A DNA stretch of 64,000 bases. Source: an uncultured Acidobacteriota bacterium. Its GTDB lineage: Bacteria; Acidobacteriota; Terriglobia; UBA7540. The notes under the pieces were generated by a model. The model was not told where the DNA came from. It did not search any database and saw nothing but the letters and a program-made list of their open reading frames with translations. A program made the position numbers and the translations under genes. Below are positions 50,949 through 60,859 of this stretch, one piece after another (positions within the stretch are counted from its first letter, which is position 1; every line of letters begins with the position of its first letter). The stretch covers positions 256,001-320,000 of the forward strand of contig CAWDSK010000009.1 in assembly GCA_963804995.1 (NCBI GenBank), written 5' to 3'.

Positions 50949-52163
50949 ATGAGCCACTCACTCGGAAATCTTCGCACCATCCCCGCCGCAACGAGGCTCG
51001 AACGCGTGCGCTACGCCATTCGTGACCTGGCGGTTCTGGCAGAGCAAATGGCGCGAGAAGGCAAGACCATCCTTCCACTGAATATTGGCGATCCCCTGAA
51101 TTTCGACTTCTGCACTCCTCCTCACCTGATCGAAGCCGTCAACCGCGCCATGCGCGAGGGCAGGAATGGTTACGCGCCGTCACTCGGCGTTCCCGAAGCC
51201 ATTGAGGCCATCCGCGCCGAAGCCGAGCGCAAAGGCATCCGCAACCTTCAAAGCGTTTTCCTGACCGCCGGAGTCAGCGAGGCCGTGGACATTTGTCTGA
51301 CGGCGCTGGTGAATCCCGGCGAAAACATTCTGACGCCCTGCCCAGAATATCCTCTTTACTCAGCCGTGCTGGCCAAGCTCGGCACGCAGCCCAACACCTA
51401 CCAACTCAACGAAGAAAACTCATGGGAGCCTGACCTCGAAGACATCGAGCGCCGGATATTTGCCGGCACGCGTGCCATTGTGGTGAGTAATCCCAACAAT
51501 CCCACGGGCGCGGTTTACTCGCGAAAGACCTTGGAGGGCATCATCGAGTTGGCGCGCCAGAACAACCTGGTGATTATTGCTGACGAAATCTACGACAAGC
51601 TGATTCTGGATGACGCCCCGCACACTTCGCTCGCCGCTTTGGCGCCGGATGTTCCGGTGGTGACCCTTAACGGACTCTCCAAGTCCTACCTCGTGCCGGG
51701 CTGGCGCGTGGGATGGGGCGTGGTCAGCGGCGACGCCGCGGCCACGAAGCCCTACGTTGAGGGAATTCATCAATTGCTGCGGGCACGGCTGTGCTCAAAC
51801 CATCCCCAGCAATATGCCGTGCGTCCGGCGCTCGAAGGACCGCAGGATCATTTGGCGGAGGTGCGCAGCAAACTGCGGGTGCGGCGCGACCTGACTGTCA
51901 GTTGCTGTCGCGCCATGCCCCACGTGAGTTGTGTCGCACCACGCGGGGCTTTTTACGCCTTCCCCAGAATCGATATTCCTGATCGCGATGAGCATTTCGT
52001 AAAGCAGTTGTTGGCGGAAAAGCAGGTGCTTGTCGTGCACGGCAGCGGTTTCGGCCAAGCCCCCGGAACGCAGCACTTCCGCATCGTGTTCCTGCCGGAA
52101 GAATCCACGCTCACGCGAGCCTATCAGGGAATACGCGACTTCATGGTGGAGCACTACGCGTAA
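50949..52163 (+). CDS. Class I/II aminotransferase (AlaA-like)
   Basis: LNIGDP, NPNNPTG, ADEIYD, GLSKSYLVPGWRVG. Confidence 0.92.
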   Translation: MSHSLGNLRTIPAATRLERVRYAIRDLAVLAEQMAREGKTILPLNIGDPLNFDFCTPPHLIEAVNRAMREGRNGYAPSLGVPEAIEAIRAEAERKGIRNLQSVFLTAGVSEAVDICLTALVNPGENILTPCPEYPLYSAVLAKLGTQPNTYQLNEENSWEPDLEDIERRIFAGTRAIVVSNPNNPTGAVYSRKTLEGIIELARQNNLVIIADEIYDKLILDDAPHTSLAALAPDVPVVTLNGLSKSYLVPGWRVGWGVVSGDAAATKPYVEGIHQLLRARLCSNHPQQYAVRPALEGPQDHLAEVRSKLRVRRDLTVSCCRAMPHVSCVAPRGAFYAFPRIDIPDRDEHFVKQLLAEKQVLVVHGSGFGQAPGTQHFRIVFLPEESTLTRAYQGIRDFMVEHYA

Positions 52164-52187
52164 GGATTTATTTGGCGCCGGGCGCGA

Positions 52188-52379
52188 ATGGTCCGGCTGA
52201 TTCGGAGCGCGACAAACTTGGCAAACCCTGAAGACGTATCCAAACCCGGCAATCCTGAATCCGCCCCGGAGTTTGCAAATCAGTTTTGCCCTGTCTGCTC
52301 AAGCCGACTCCAATCGCGACACTGCAAGATGCTTTGCCCACGCTGCGGATATTTCATGTCCTGCTCGGAATTTGAATAG
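52188..52379 (+). CDS. Zn-ribbon microprotein
   Basis: CPVC..L...HCKMLCPRCGYFMSCSEF; start uncertain. Confidence 0.65.
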   Translation: MVRLIRSATNLANPEDVSKPGNPESAPEFANQFCPVCSSRLQSRHCKMLCPRCGYFMSCSEFE

Positions 52380-52960
52380 CCGATGTCCCTTGCGGTTCAG
52401 TTTCGACCACTCTGCGGGAACACCATACCTAATCCCGACGCCGCGATGGGCGAGTGACCCCACTGTTTAGAATTTACATGGTTCGCCCTATATCGATTTC
52501 GGCGTCCCAGTCCCCATTTTTAAGTGGGACCTCGCTCGCTATGCCCCGCGCAAGGCAACTTCTGGGACAAATTTCAAGGCTTGTCCCACCACTTCTTTTG
52601 CTCGCATCGCCCCGCGCTCAGGTGACATTTTGGCATCCTGCCGCCTACCTCCAGAGTGCTTCACCTCCCCGTCGCCACACCCCGACCGATGGCCCGTTAA
52701 TCGAACCGGGCCGATCAATCGTGAATTGAACCGGACATTTCAGGTGCTGACGGCAAACAATGAAGATTTACATTGGGCCAGGAGCCTTGTAGAATGCGCC
52801 TTCCCGTTTGGCGGGTGGCGAGCCCCTCGAACGCGTTACGCAAGGCTTCCGCACTCCTGGCAACCCCGCAGAAACCCTCATGATTCCGGGGATTGTTCCG
52901 CGAGGCAGCTCCGAGCGAATCGGGAGGTGAAGGGCTCGCGGGTCCTCACAGGAGGCTCAG

Positions 52961-53311
52961 ATGGCATTGACGATGTACGAAAAGGAAATCAGCGGAGTCA
53001 GTGTTCTGCACCTCGCCGGCAACGTCACTCTGGGAGACGAGACCAACCTGCTCCGCACGAAGCTCGGGGAGTTGATGGCGCATGGCAGAACGCGTTTGGT
53101 CCTCGACCTCGCCGAAGTGCATTACATTGACAGCGCCGGATTGGGCACGCTGGTAGCGGGATTCACTTCGGCCCAGAACCAGGGCGCCGACATGAAGCTG
53201 GCTAACCTGACCAAGCGTTTCAAGGAGCAGCTTCACATCACGAAGCTGGTCACGGTGTTCGACGTTTACGACAGCGTGGAAGATGCCGTCAAGTCCTACA
53301 CCTCGGCCTGA
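52961..53311 (+). CDS. STAS-domain anti-sigma factor antagonist
   Basis: LVLDLAEVHYIDSAGLG; AGGAGG RBS. Confidence 0.93.
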   Translation: MALTMYEKEISGVSVLHLAGNVTLGDETNLLRTKLGELMAHGRTRLVLDLAEVHYIDSAGLGTLVAGFTSAQNQGADMKLANLTKRFKEQLHITKLVTVFDVYDSVEDAVKSYTSA

Positions 53312-53427
53312 TCTGCGCCGCGCGTCCTTGCGGAAGCTTTCCTTCCCCACGCACATCCTTCGCGGTCGAGGGGCGCTTGGAACCGCACCCGCACGCTCCC
53401 TTCGGCTCAGGTTCCACGGGAGGTATC

Positions 53428-54453
53428 ATGGGCAGTCAACTCGGGTTGGGTATCGCGCTGGTATTGCTGGGAGGTGTGCTCAACGGCAGCTTCGCGGCGC
53501 CCATGAAGCGGCTCTCCGCCTGGCGGTGGGAGAACATCTGGCTGGTTTATGCTCTCGCCGGGCTCATCGTCTTTCCCTGGGCGATTGCCGTCGCTACGGT
53601 CCCGCATCTGGCCAGCGTCTACGCGCAAACCCCGCCCGCCGTCCTCGCCAAGGTTTGCCTCTTCGGTCTCGCCTGGGGAGTCGGCGCGGTCCTGTTCGGA
53701 TTGGGAATCGACCGCGTCGGCCTCGCGCTGGGGTTCGCCGTAATCCTGGGAATCACCTCCTCCTTCGGGTCGTTGCTGCCTTTGATTATCCTGCATCGTG
53801 AACAACTGCTCACCACCCACGGCCTCGCGCTGATGGCGGGGACGCTGGTGATGGCTATCGGCCTCGCGCTCCTGGGCGTAGCGGGCAAACGCCGCGAGCG
53901 TGAGCAGATGGCCGGCGCCGCGGCCTCAACGCGTTCGGGCTTCGGCACGGGCCTGCTGATCTGCATTCTCTCCGGAATCTTTTCCTCGATGTTCAACTTC
54001 GCCTTTGTCTTCGGCGAGGACCTGCGCCTGCAGGCGCTCCAGGCGGGAGCCGCACCGGCTATGGGTGGTAACGCCATCTGGGCGCTGTCGGTCGGCAGCG
54101 GCTTCATCGTGAACGCCGTCTACTGCATCTACCTCCTGAATAAAAACCACACCTGGGGCGCCTACATTCAAAAGCCCTCGGGCATCAGCTACTGGCTGGG
54201 CGGCGCTTTGATGGGAGCGCTCTGGTTCAGCGGCATCGTGGTTTACGGTATGGGCGCCGCCGCACTGGGCGCCTTGGGCGCCATCATCGGCTGGTCCGTC
54301 TACATGTCCATCAACATCATCACCGGCATCCTGTGGGGATTTGTGAACGGCGAGTGGAAAAGCGCCAGCCGCACCTCCCTGGGCTACTGCCTGGCCGGGA
54401 TCGGCGTCCTCTTCCTCGCCATCGCCGTCATCTCCCTCGGCAACGCCGCCTGA
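53428..54453 (+). CDS. L-rhamnose/H+ symporter RhaT-family transporter
   Basis: GSF..PMK...W.WEN.W, WGVG...FG, ~10 TM, EWK. Confidence 0.85.
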   Translation: MGSQLGLGIALVLLGGVLNGSFAAPMKRLSAWRWENIWLVYALAGLIVFPWAIAVATVPHLASVYAQTPPAVLAKVCLFGLAWGVGAVLFGLGIDRVGLALGFAVILGITSSFGSLLPLIILHREQLLTTHGLALMAGTLVMAIGLALLGVAGKRREREQMAGAAASTRSGFGTGLLICILSGIFSSMFNFAFVFGEDLRLQALQAGAAPAMGGNAIWALSVGSGFIVNAVYCIYLLNKNHTWGAYIQKPSGISYWLGGALMGALWFSGIVVYGMGAAALGALGAIIGWSVYMSINIITGILWGFVNGEWKSASRTSLGYCLAGIGVLFLAIAVISLGNAA

Positions 54454-54585
54454 CAGAATCGGGAGATCGGGCCATCTGGCCATTGGTTCATCGGTTCATT
54501 GATTCATTGATTCATTGATTCATTTGGTGATTGGGTCATTTGTGATTTGCGATTTGTGATTTGCGATTGCCAACCCTCGGCCGAA

Positions 54586-55945
54586 TTGGGCTCATCTTCC
54601 GTCTTGAACCTACCGATAACCGTAGCGGGGCAGTGTGTCACGGCCGGCGAAGTCGGGGGGTGGGCTAACGGTTAATCTCTGCAACGTCAAATTTCATAGC
54701 CCTCTCCGAGGGGAGAGGGTGGCGCACTGCCGGCGTACTCACCAGCCGGAGCGCGACGGGTGAGGGGTCACGTTGCTTGTCAGGGCCACTAAGTTTCCCT
54801 CGTCCTGGGCGTCGATCCTGCCGATAACCGATGTGGGGGAGTGCGTCACGGCGGGCTTGGGGGTCGGTGGGGCGATTGGGCTATCGGTTCATCAGCACAA
54901 GGGGAAAACTCATAGCCCTCTCCGAGGGGTCGCAGATTCCGCCGCGGCGGGAGAGGGTGGACCGCGGCCGGCGTTTTCATCAGCCGGCGCGGGACGGGTG
55001 AGGGGTCACTTCGCGCCTATCGCCCAGACTGCCCATGGGGCTCACGTTTCGTCATAAACCCACCGATAAACGATTTGGAGAAGTGTGGCACGGGCGGATC
55101 GGTCCATCGGCCCATCGGTTCATCGGGAGATTGAGTGATTGGCGATTGGCGAAGTCGATTTTAGGCTCAGGTTCGTGTGCTAACCCACCGATTACCGATA
55201 CGGGGAAGTGTGTCACGGCGGGGGTTGGGGCGTCGGTGCTGCTGCCTTTTCGCCCTTAGATTTTGCCTTATTCTCGTCACTGGTCACTGGTCACTGCTTT
55301 TGCAACGTGTCACGGCGGGGGTTGGGGCGTCGGTACGGCTGCCTTTTCACCCTTAGATTTTGCCCTTATTCTCGTCACTCGTCACTCGTCACTCGTCACT
55401 GCTCTCGCAGTGTGGCACCGCGCGGATTGGTTCATTGATTCATCGGGTCATTGAATCATTGCGTGACCGGGTGATTTGTGATTGCCAATCCTCCCGCGTG
55501 CTAATTGGGCTCACGTTCCGTCTTAAACCAACCGATAACCGATGTGGGGAAGTGTGTCACGGCGGGCTTGAGGGTCGGTGGGAGGATGGGACTATCGGTT
55601 CATCTGCATAAAGCGAAGACTCATAGCCCTCTCCGAGGGGAGAGGGTGGACCGCGGCCCGCGTTTTCATCAGCGGGCGCGGGACGGGTGAGGGGTTACTC
55701 CGCTTGTCACGGGCCACTCAGTTTGCCTCATCCTGGGTGTAGATCCTACCGGTTACCGATGTGGAGAAGTGCGTCACGGCGGATTGGTTCATTGAATCAT
55801 CGGTTCATTGATTCATGGGGTGATCAGGTGATTTGCGATTTGCGATTGGGCGATTGATGGGCTTCAGTCCGTTGAGTTTGGTTCATTTTCGCGTCCCATT
55901 CTGCCGATAATCGTAGTGGGGTAGTGTGTCCCGGCCAGCGAAGTC
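54586..55945. repeat. Non-coding array of a degenerate ~60-nt unit (core CCGATAACCGATGTGGGGAAGTGTGTCACGGCGG)
   Basis: Core starts at 54613, 54821, 55063, 55188, 55532, 55749 and 55904, plus partial copies at ~55305 and ~55409. Confidence 0.8.
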
Positions 55946-56678
55946 GTTCGGTGGGCTCGTGAGCCAATTGGTTTCTTATCCACTCATCGTGCCAGCCTGG
56001 GGCCGGGGCCGTGTCGGCCCTCTGGGTACCCATGAGGGGTACCCCTACGCCGGTCGGCAGGGCCGAACGGCCCTCGGCCCGGGCCAGCGTCGCCCAGGCT
56101 GAAAGTCCGCCGATCCTAATGGTGGACGCCCGAAGCCGGCTCTGGGGCGCAGGGCGCTGGCCCCTACGTTGTGCCACGGGCAGCCTGCCCCGATGTATCG
56201 GGGTCCGAAGCTGTGAAGAAATAGGCAATCTCGCGCAGAGACGCAGAGGCGCAGAGAAAACGAATCAGTTATTTGCTTAAAATCTCTGCGCCTCAGCGGC
56301 TCTGCGGGAGATACTTTTGCCCGCTCAGGGATTTTTTCACACCTTCTCCCGCACGTGACCGGCACGGCCAGGACCCCGATGCATCGGGGCAGGTCGGCCG
56401 TGGCACATTTCGGTTGCGGCCCGCCGCCCTGCGCGACCCAATCCAAGCACAGGACTCAGAAACCAACCCAGTACTCGAACCCCGAATCCCCAACCCCGAA
56501 TCCCGCCCCCCTGACACCTGGCACCTGATACCTGACACCTCCGATAAGATTTTGCCCTTGCATCGCAGGTAAAGTGGCGGTTTAATCGCGCCACCCTTTC
56601 GCCAGCCCGAGTGTCCCTGGGAGGCTGGGCGTGGTAAATATCTCCGCTGCCGTGACTGCGGGGCTATCTGCTACCCGC

Positions 56679-56707
56679 TTGACGTAACTACAAATTGTAG
56701 CTACAGT
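56679..56707 (+). promoter_or_regulatory. Promoter/operator of the brnTA locus
   Basis: TTGACG-N17-TACAGT overlapped by the palindromes CTACAAATTGTAG and TGTAGCTACA. Confidence 0.65.
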
Positions 56708-56770
56708 ATCATCTCCGTGAGGAAGGCAACGAAGCATGAAGAAATCAGCTACTTCGAAATCGCGGACTAA
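56708..56770 (+). pseudogene. 3' remnant of a BrnT toxin gene
   Basis: Frame reads IISVRKATKHEEISYFEIAD*, matching the BrnT C-terminal RIISARKA motif, and overlaps the brnA start. Confidence 0.7.
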
Positions 56771-57047
56771 TTGGAAGCGAGTAGACGCGCTGAAGGATGA
56801 CCGAATAGATTTTTCTGATACGCCGGAATTGACGCCGGAGATGTTTGCCCGGGCCATCGTTCGGCGGGGCCTGAAGCTCGCGCCCCGGAAAGCCCAACTC
56901 ACCCTCCGGGTCGATAGCGATGTCCTGGAATGGTATAAGCAACAGGGGCCAGGTTATCAAACCCGCATCAATGCTCTGCTCCGCGCTTATATGCAGGAAC
57001 ATGGCAAGCGTAGTGGTAGCCACGGTGTCGCCGCGGCGACCCTTTGA
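56736..57047 (+). CDS. BrnA antitoxin family protein
   Basis: DTPELT..F, K.QLTLRVDSDVLEWYK..G.GYQTRINALLR.YM. Confidence 0.92.
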   Translation: MKKSATSKSRTNWKRVDALKDDRIDFSDTPELTPEMFARAIVRRGLKLAPRKAQLTLRVDSDVLEWYKQQGPGYQTRINALLRAYMQEHGKRSGSHGVAAATL

Positions 57048-57183
57048 TTGACCGTGGGGTTCGTCTTGCACGGAAAAGCCCGCGGACAGAAGGGGTCGCC
57101 CCGGCGACTCCGTGGCTACCCGCTTCGCGCGCGGCGGCTCCGTCGACTCGGACCGGACCAAAGTGACGCAAGCCGGGAAGCAA

Positions 57184-57986
57184 CTACTGCTTCTCGGCGA
57201 CGTATGTTGATGTTCGGCCCCTCAGCTTATCCGTCGAGACCGCCGTCATCTTCTTCCCATCGGGTGAGACGGCCAGTTTGTTTACTTCGACTGCCTTGCC
57301 ATCGCGCTTGAGCGTCTCCTCCATCGTGCGGTCATCAACACGCTTCAGAGAGACAGAGTTGTAGTTATACGATCCCTTGACTGGATAGTCTTTGCCGTCC
57401 AGCTTCGCCGTGTAGCTCTCGCCTGTCGGATGCGGACATACTCAGCTCATCGCCACTGCTCTTGTAGGTCAATATGAGGCCAATTTTCACTCACTTTTTC
57501 CTTGTTGATTCGCCACGAGCCAGAAGTCCCATTCGCTCCAGCCGGCGCCTTTCCGACCCGAGTGTACGTACTTTCCGAGCTCACCGGTTGATCGCTGTTC
57601 TCCTGATGGGTGATTTGCTTCCACGTCAGAGTGTTGCCGTCGTCCGACACAGTCCGAGTCTGCTCGGCCACCGTCTTGCCGTTCTTTTTGAACGTGACGG
57701 CAATCGACTTGGGATCAACTTCACGCACACTGATCGTGTCATAAAACTGGCCGGTGACGGGCTGGTCCTGCCCATCAGCCTTCACGTGAATCGTCGGGCT
57801 GCAATAGGAACAGTCATACATGCCTTTGTTCACCGAAAAGACCATGGGCTTCGGTGATAGCTTGGATTGGTCCATGTTGAAGTGCCATGTGCCGTTGAAG
57901 GGGCTTTGCGCAAACGATGATGCAGGAGCCCACAACACCGGCATGAGAAACAACGCGTAAACAATGAGCCGCTCGATTTTGTTCAT
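57184..57986 (-). pseudogene. Exported two-repeat beta-barrel hypothetical protein with ~3 frameshifts
   Basis: Signal peptide, FNGTW; the second repeat (AKLDGKDYPVKG..VSPDGKKMT) continues across frames to TAG at 57184. Confidence 0.65.
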
Positions 57987-58030
57987 ATGAGTTCTCCACC
58001 ACCAGGATTTTGATTTCCGCACTCGCACTG

Positions 58031-58495
58031 CTACTTCTTGGTGATCTTCGCAGTAGCCGAGGCCACACACTGCCAACGGCCGTCCTTCTTGATCCAGGTA
58101 TCTGTGCCTCGGAATTGGCCGCTGACGTCCTTACCTTTGTATCGCTCCTTGGTCGTCCAGCGCATGAGGACCACTGCCGCATCCCCGTAAACACGGACAT
58201 TCCACTCGTCTCCGACGGCGGAGGTGAACACAGCCTCGCCAGACTTGTAGCTGGCGAGAGTCTGGGCCTTGGTCCAGATGGTCCCGTCCTCCGGGTCGAT
58301 GTAAATCCAGTCATCCGTCATAATCCGGTTAAGTACCACCATATCCAGCTTGACAATGGCGTTGTTCCAATCGTTTTCCAGCTTGATTAGCTCCTTTTCG
58401 ACGCTTGCACTCGGTGCTGGTGCCGGCTTTGCTTGCGCAAAGGCCTGGCAAGACACCGCGAGCACCATCACAACCGCTGTTAAAATTCCCTTCAT
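58031..58495 (-). CDS. Exported NTF2-like (DUF4440) protein
   Basis: LE..W..A, VRVYGDAAVV, TDTWIKKDGRWQCV; AGGAGG RBS. Confidence 0.85.
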   Translation of the reverse strand: MKGILTAVVMVLAVSCQAFAQAKPAPAPSASVEKELIKLENDWNNAIVKLDMVVLNRIMTDDWIYIDPEDGTIWTKAQTLASYKSGEAVFTSAVGDEWNVRVYGDAAVVLMRWTTKERYKGKDVSGQFRGTDTWIKKDGRWQCVASATAKITKK

Positions 58496-58648
58496 ATGAC
58501 ACCTCCTTAGATTTGAGTACTTGTAACGCCGCCCTTGAGGGCGGCACATGCCGGGCTCAAGCCCGGCGCTCGAGTTTCTACATTTCCAGTTCAGCACCAC
58601 CCCGGCTCAGCACCAGCCCGGCGCTCGGCGCGCCACCCCTCCTCATCT

Positions 58649-58747
58649 GAGGCCGTCTCAAAACTAGGTATTTCTGACTTTTGCACAGCGTAAGTTATTG
58701 ATTATTCGTCGTAAAAACCGTGAATTTGCCAGTTTTGAGACCGCCTC
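58649..58747. mobile_element. 99-bp MITE with 17-bp TIRs and ATCT target duplication
   Basis: GAGGCCGTCTCAAAACT..AGTTTTGAGACCGCCTC; ATCT at 58645-58648 and 58748-58751. Confidence 0.75.
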
Positions 58748-59044
58748 ATCTGAGGAGGGGAGCTTTTAAGAACTCCCCTCCTGATTTAGGAGGGGTGGCA
58801 TCGCGGATGCCGGGGTGGTTACCCGCTCGAAGGGCGCAAGTTTGGCCCACGGGTAAAAATGTAGAAACTCCAGTGCCGGGCTAAACCCCGGCGCTACAAC
58901 ATCGACGCTGACATCGTATGTGCCGCGATTTGTGACGCACTACACAGGCAGCCACGGCACGATGCTTGTACCGCGGGCCTTGGCCTGTTCCGTCCAGGAA
59001 TCCGCGGCGTGAAGCTCATGCCGTGGCTAGAGATTCTCTCACGC

Positions 59045-59887
59045 TTACGCGGCGGCCTTGTCTTCGGCCTTGGCGAGCGGCGGCAGAGCGCCGAGTTGCT
59101 GCAAGAAGCCCAGGGCGTCCCATTGCCCTCGGTACTCAACGATCTTGCCCTCGACAATCCGGTAGGTGTCTGTGCCGCTGGTTGTCACCTTCTTGCCGGT
59201 GGGCGCGAGGCCCATGAACTCCCCCTGGTGGGTGCCAGTGCCACTCCAGCGGATTACCAGCTTGTCACCCTCCGCTACCAGGTCCTCAATCGTAAATCGG
59301 ATGTCGGGAAAGGCGGCAAGTATTGAGGCCAGGTATTGTTTCAAAGCCTCACCTTTGAGCTCCCCTGTTTCGGGTCTGTACCACACGCAGTCCGCATAGA
59401 GCTCGTCCAAGAGGGCCAGATCGTGCTTGTTCAAGCCCTCCTCAATCACGCGTCGAAGTAGAGCCTTGTTGTCCTCGCTTGCCTGCGGCGCCGCGCCGAG
59501 TTGCTGGAAGAAGCCCTGGGCGTCCCATTCCTCCCGCAACTCGACGATCTTGCCCTCGACAATCCGGCTGATGTTTATGCCGCTGGTTGTCACCTGCTTG
59601 CCGGTGGGCGCGAGGCCCATGAACTCCCCCTGATGGGTGCCAGTGCCACTCCAGCGGGTCACCACCTTGTCACCCTCGGCTACCTGGTCCTCAATCGTAA
59701 TTCGAAGGTCGGGAAAGGTGGCAAGCATTGAGGCCGCGAATTGTTTCATAGTCTCACCTTTGAGCTCCACTGTGGCAGGTCTGTACCACGCGCAGTCCGC
59801 ATAGAGCTCATCCAAGAGGGCCAGATTACCCTTATTGAAGCCCTCCTCAATCACCCGTCGATCTAGAGCCTTGTTTTCTTCTGACAT
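59045..59887 (-). CDS. Tandem SnoaL-like ester cyclase
   Basis: Two copies of FPD...TIED.VAEGDK.V.RWSGTGTHQGEFMGLAPTGK. Confidence 0.9.
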   Translation of the reverse strand: MSEENKALDRRVIEEGFNKGNLALLDELYADCAWYRPATVELKGETMKQFAASMLATFPDLRITIEDQVAEGDKVVTRWSGTGTHQGEFMGLAPTGKQVTTSGINISRIVEGKIVELREEWDAQGFFQQLGAAPQASEDNKALLRRVIEEGLNKHDLALLDELYADCVWYRPETGELKGEALKQYLASILAAFPDIRFTIEDLVAEGDKLVIRWSGTGTHQGEFMGLAPTGKKVTTSGTDTYRIVEGKIVEYRGQWDALGFLQQLGALPPLAKAEDKAAA

Positions 59888-60613
59888 AGGATTGTCCCCC
59901 TCATCTCAAGGAGTAATTACGTGCCACGAGACTTCCTGTGGATACCCAACCGCCGCTGCGGACCTCGGACCTTTCGATTCGGGCGGAAGAGGGTTCGCTG
60001 ATTCACCCGCGCGCCTTGTGGGCGTCACGCACATCCAACGGGCCGTTATGCCTGCCAGCGCCCGACAGCGCGGCCCAGGTCAATTGCACACTTCACCTGC
60101 GCCGACGCCAGCCAGCTTTTCGTGAAGGCGGTCGTAAGGAAGCTCTGTGCCCGCGGCATCGCAAACAGCCTGCGCTGGCACTTCTATAGTGTCAGTAAGA
60201 TGTACCGATACTACGCCCCGGGAATTGCCAAGTCAAGCCAACGCGCCTAGGAGTGATGGGTGAGACAGCGGGTAGCCACAGTGTCGCCGCGGCGACCAGT
60301 TCTGACTGTGAGTTCTTCCCTTGACCGCGAAGGCATACCTGGTGGGACGGGATTCATATGAATCTCGTGCCGAAGGACTGGTGAAGCGGCCGGAAGATGG
60401 GCGGTGGTTGAGTTACAACCATTGTGTCTTGGCCAAGGCAACGGTAGCGGCGTGACCTTTCCAGATTGACGACGTGCGGTTGCCACTGGGGGATCGGGCC
60501 TGAGAAAAGCCCCTGGTCAGAACGGGGCGTCCGCCATTAAGATCGGCGGACTGGCGCAAAGCGTATCTCTGCCAAGAGCGACTTTGCCCGTCACCTCGCC
60601 GTCCACCCTGCGT

Positions 60614-60859
60614 TCACTGGCTTTCGCCCTTGGCGGGCTGACCGGAAAGCAGGAAGGTCTTCGGATATGGACCCTCACCGCAAATCTTGAAGGAACCAAA
60701 ATCCTTGTACCACTCACCCTCCGGAACCAGCGGATGGGATTCAACCCAAAGCCGTAGCTTATTCAGGTCGGCGATGCTAATGCTTCGATCCCTCATCCTG
60801 TCCATCAAGTGTTGGCGAATGGCGGGCGGGAGCTTATTCCAGGTTTCAAGGTGGGGCAT
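60614..60859 (-). CDS. Hypothetical protein, putative toxin
   Basis: 81 aa, translationally coupled (TGATG) to the upstream RHH-like gene. Confidence 0.6.
   Translation of the reverse strand: MPHLETWNKLPPAIRQHLMDRMRDRSISIADLNKLRLWVESHPLVPEGEWYKDFGSFKICGEGPYPKTFLLSGQPAKGESQ

Noticed and set aside
52740..52950. c-di-GMP riboswitch before the STAS gene (GGCAAAC)
   Set aside because: The remaining consensus elements and stems are not evident.
54586..55945. CRISPR array
   Set aside because: Repeats are degenerate, spacers are 100-300 nt and themselves repetitive, and there are no cas genes.
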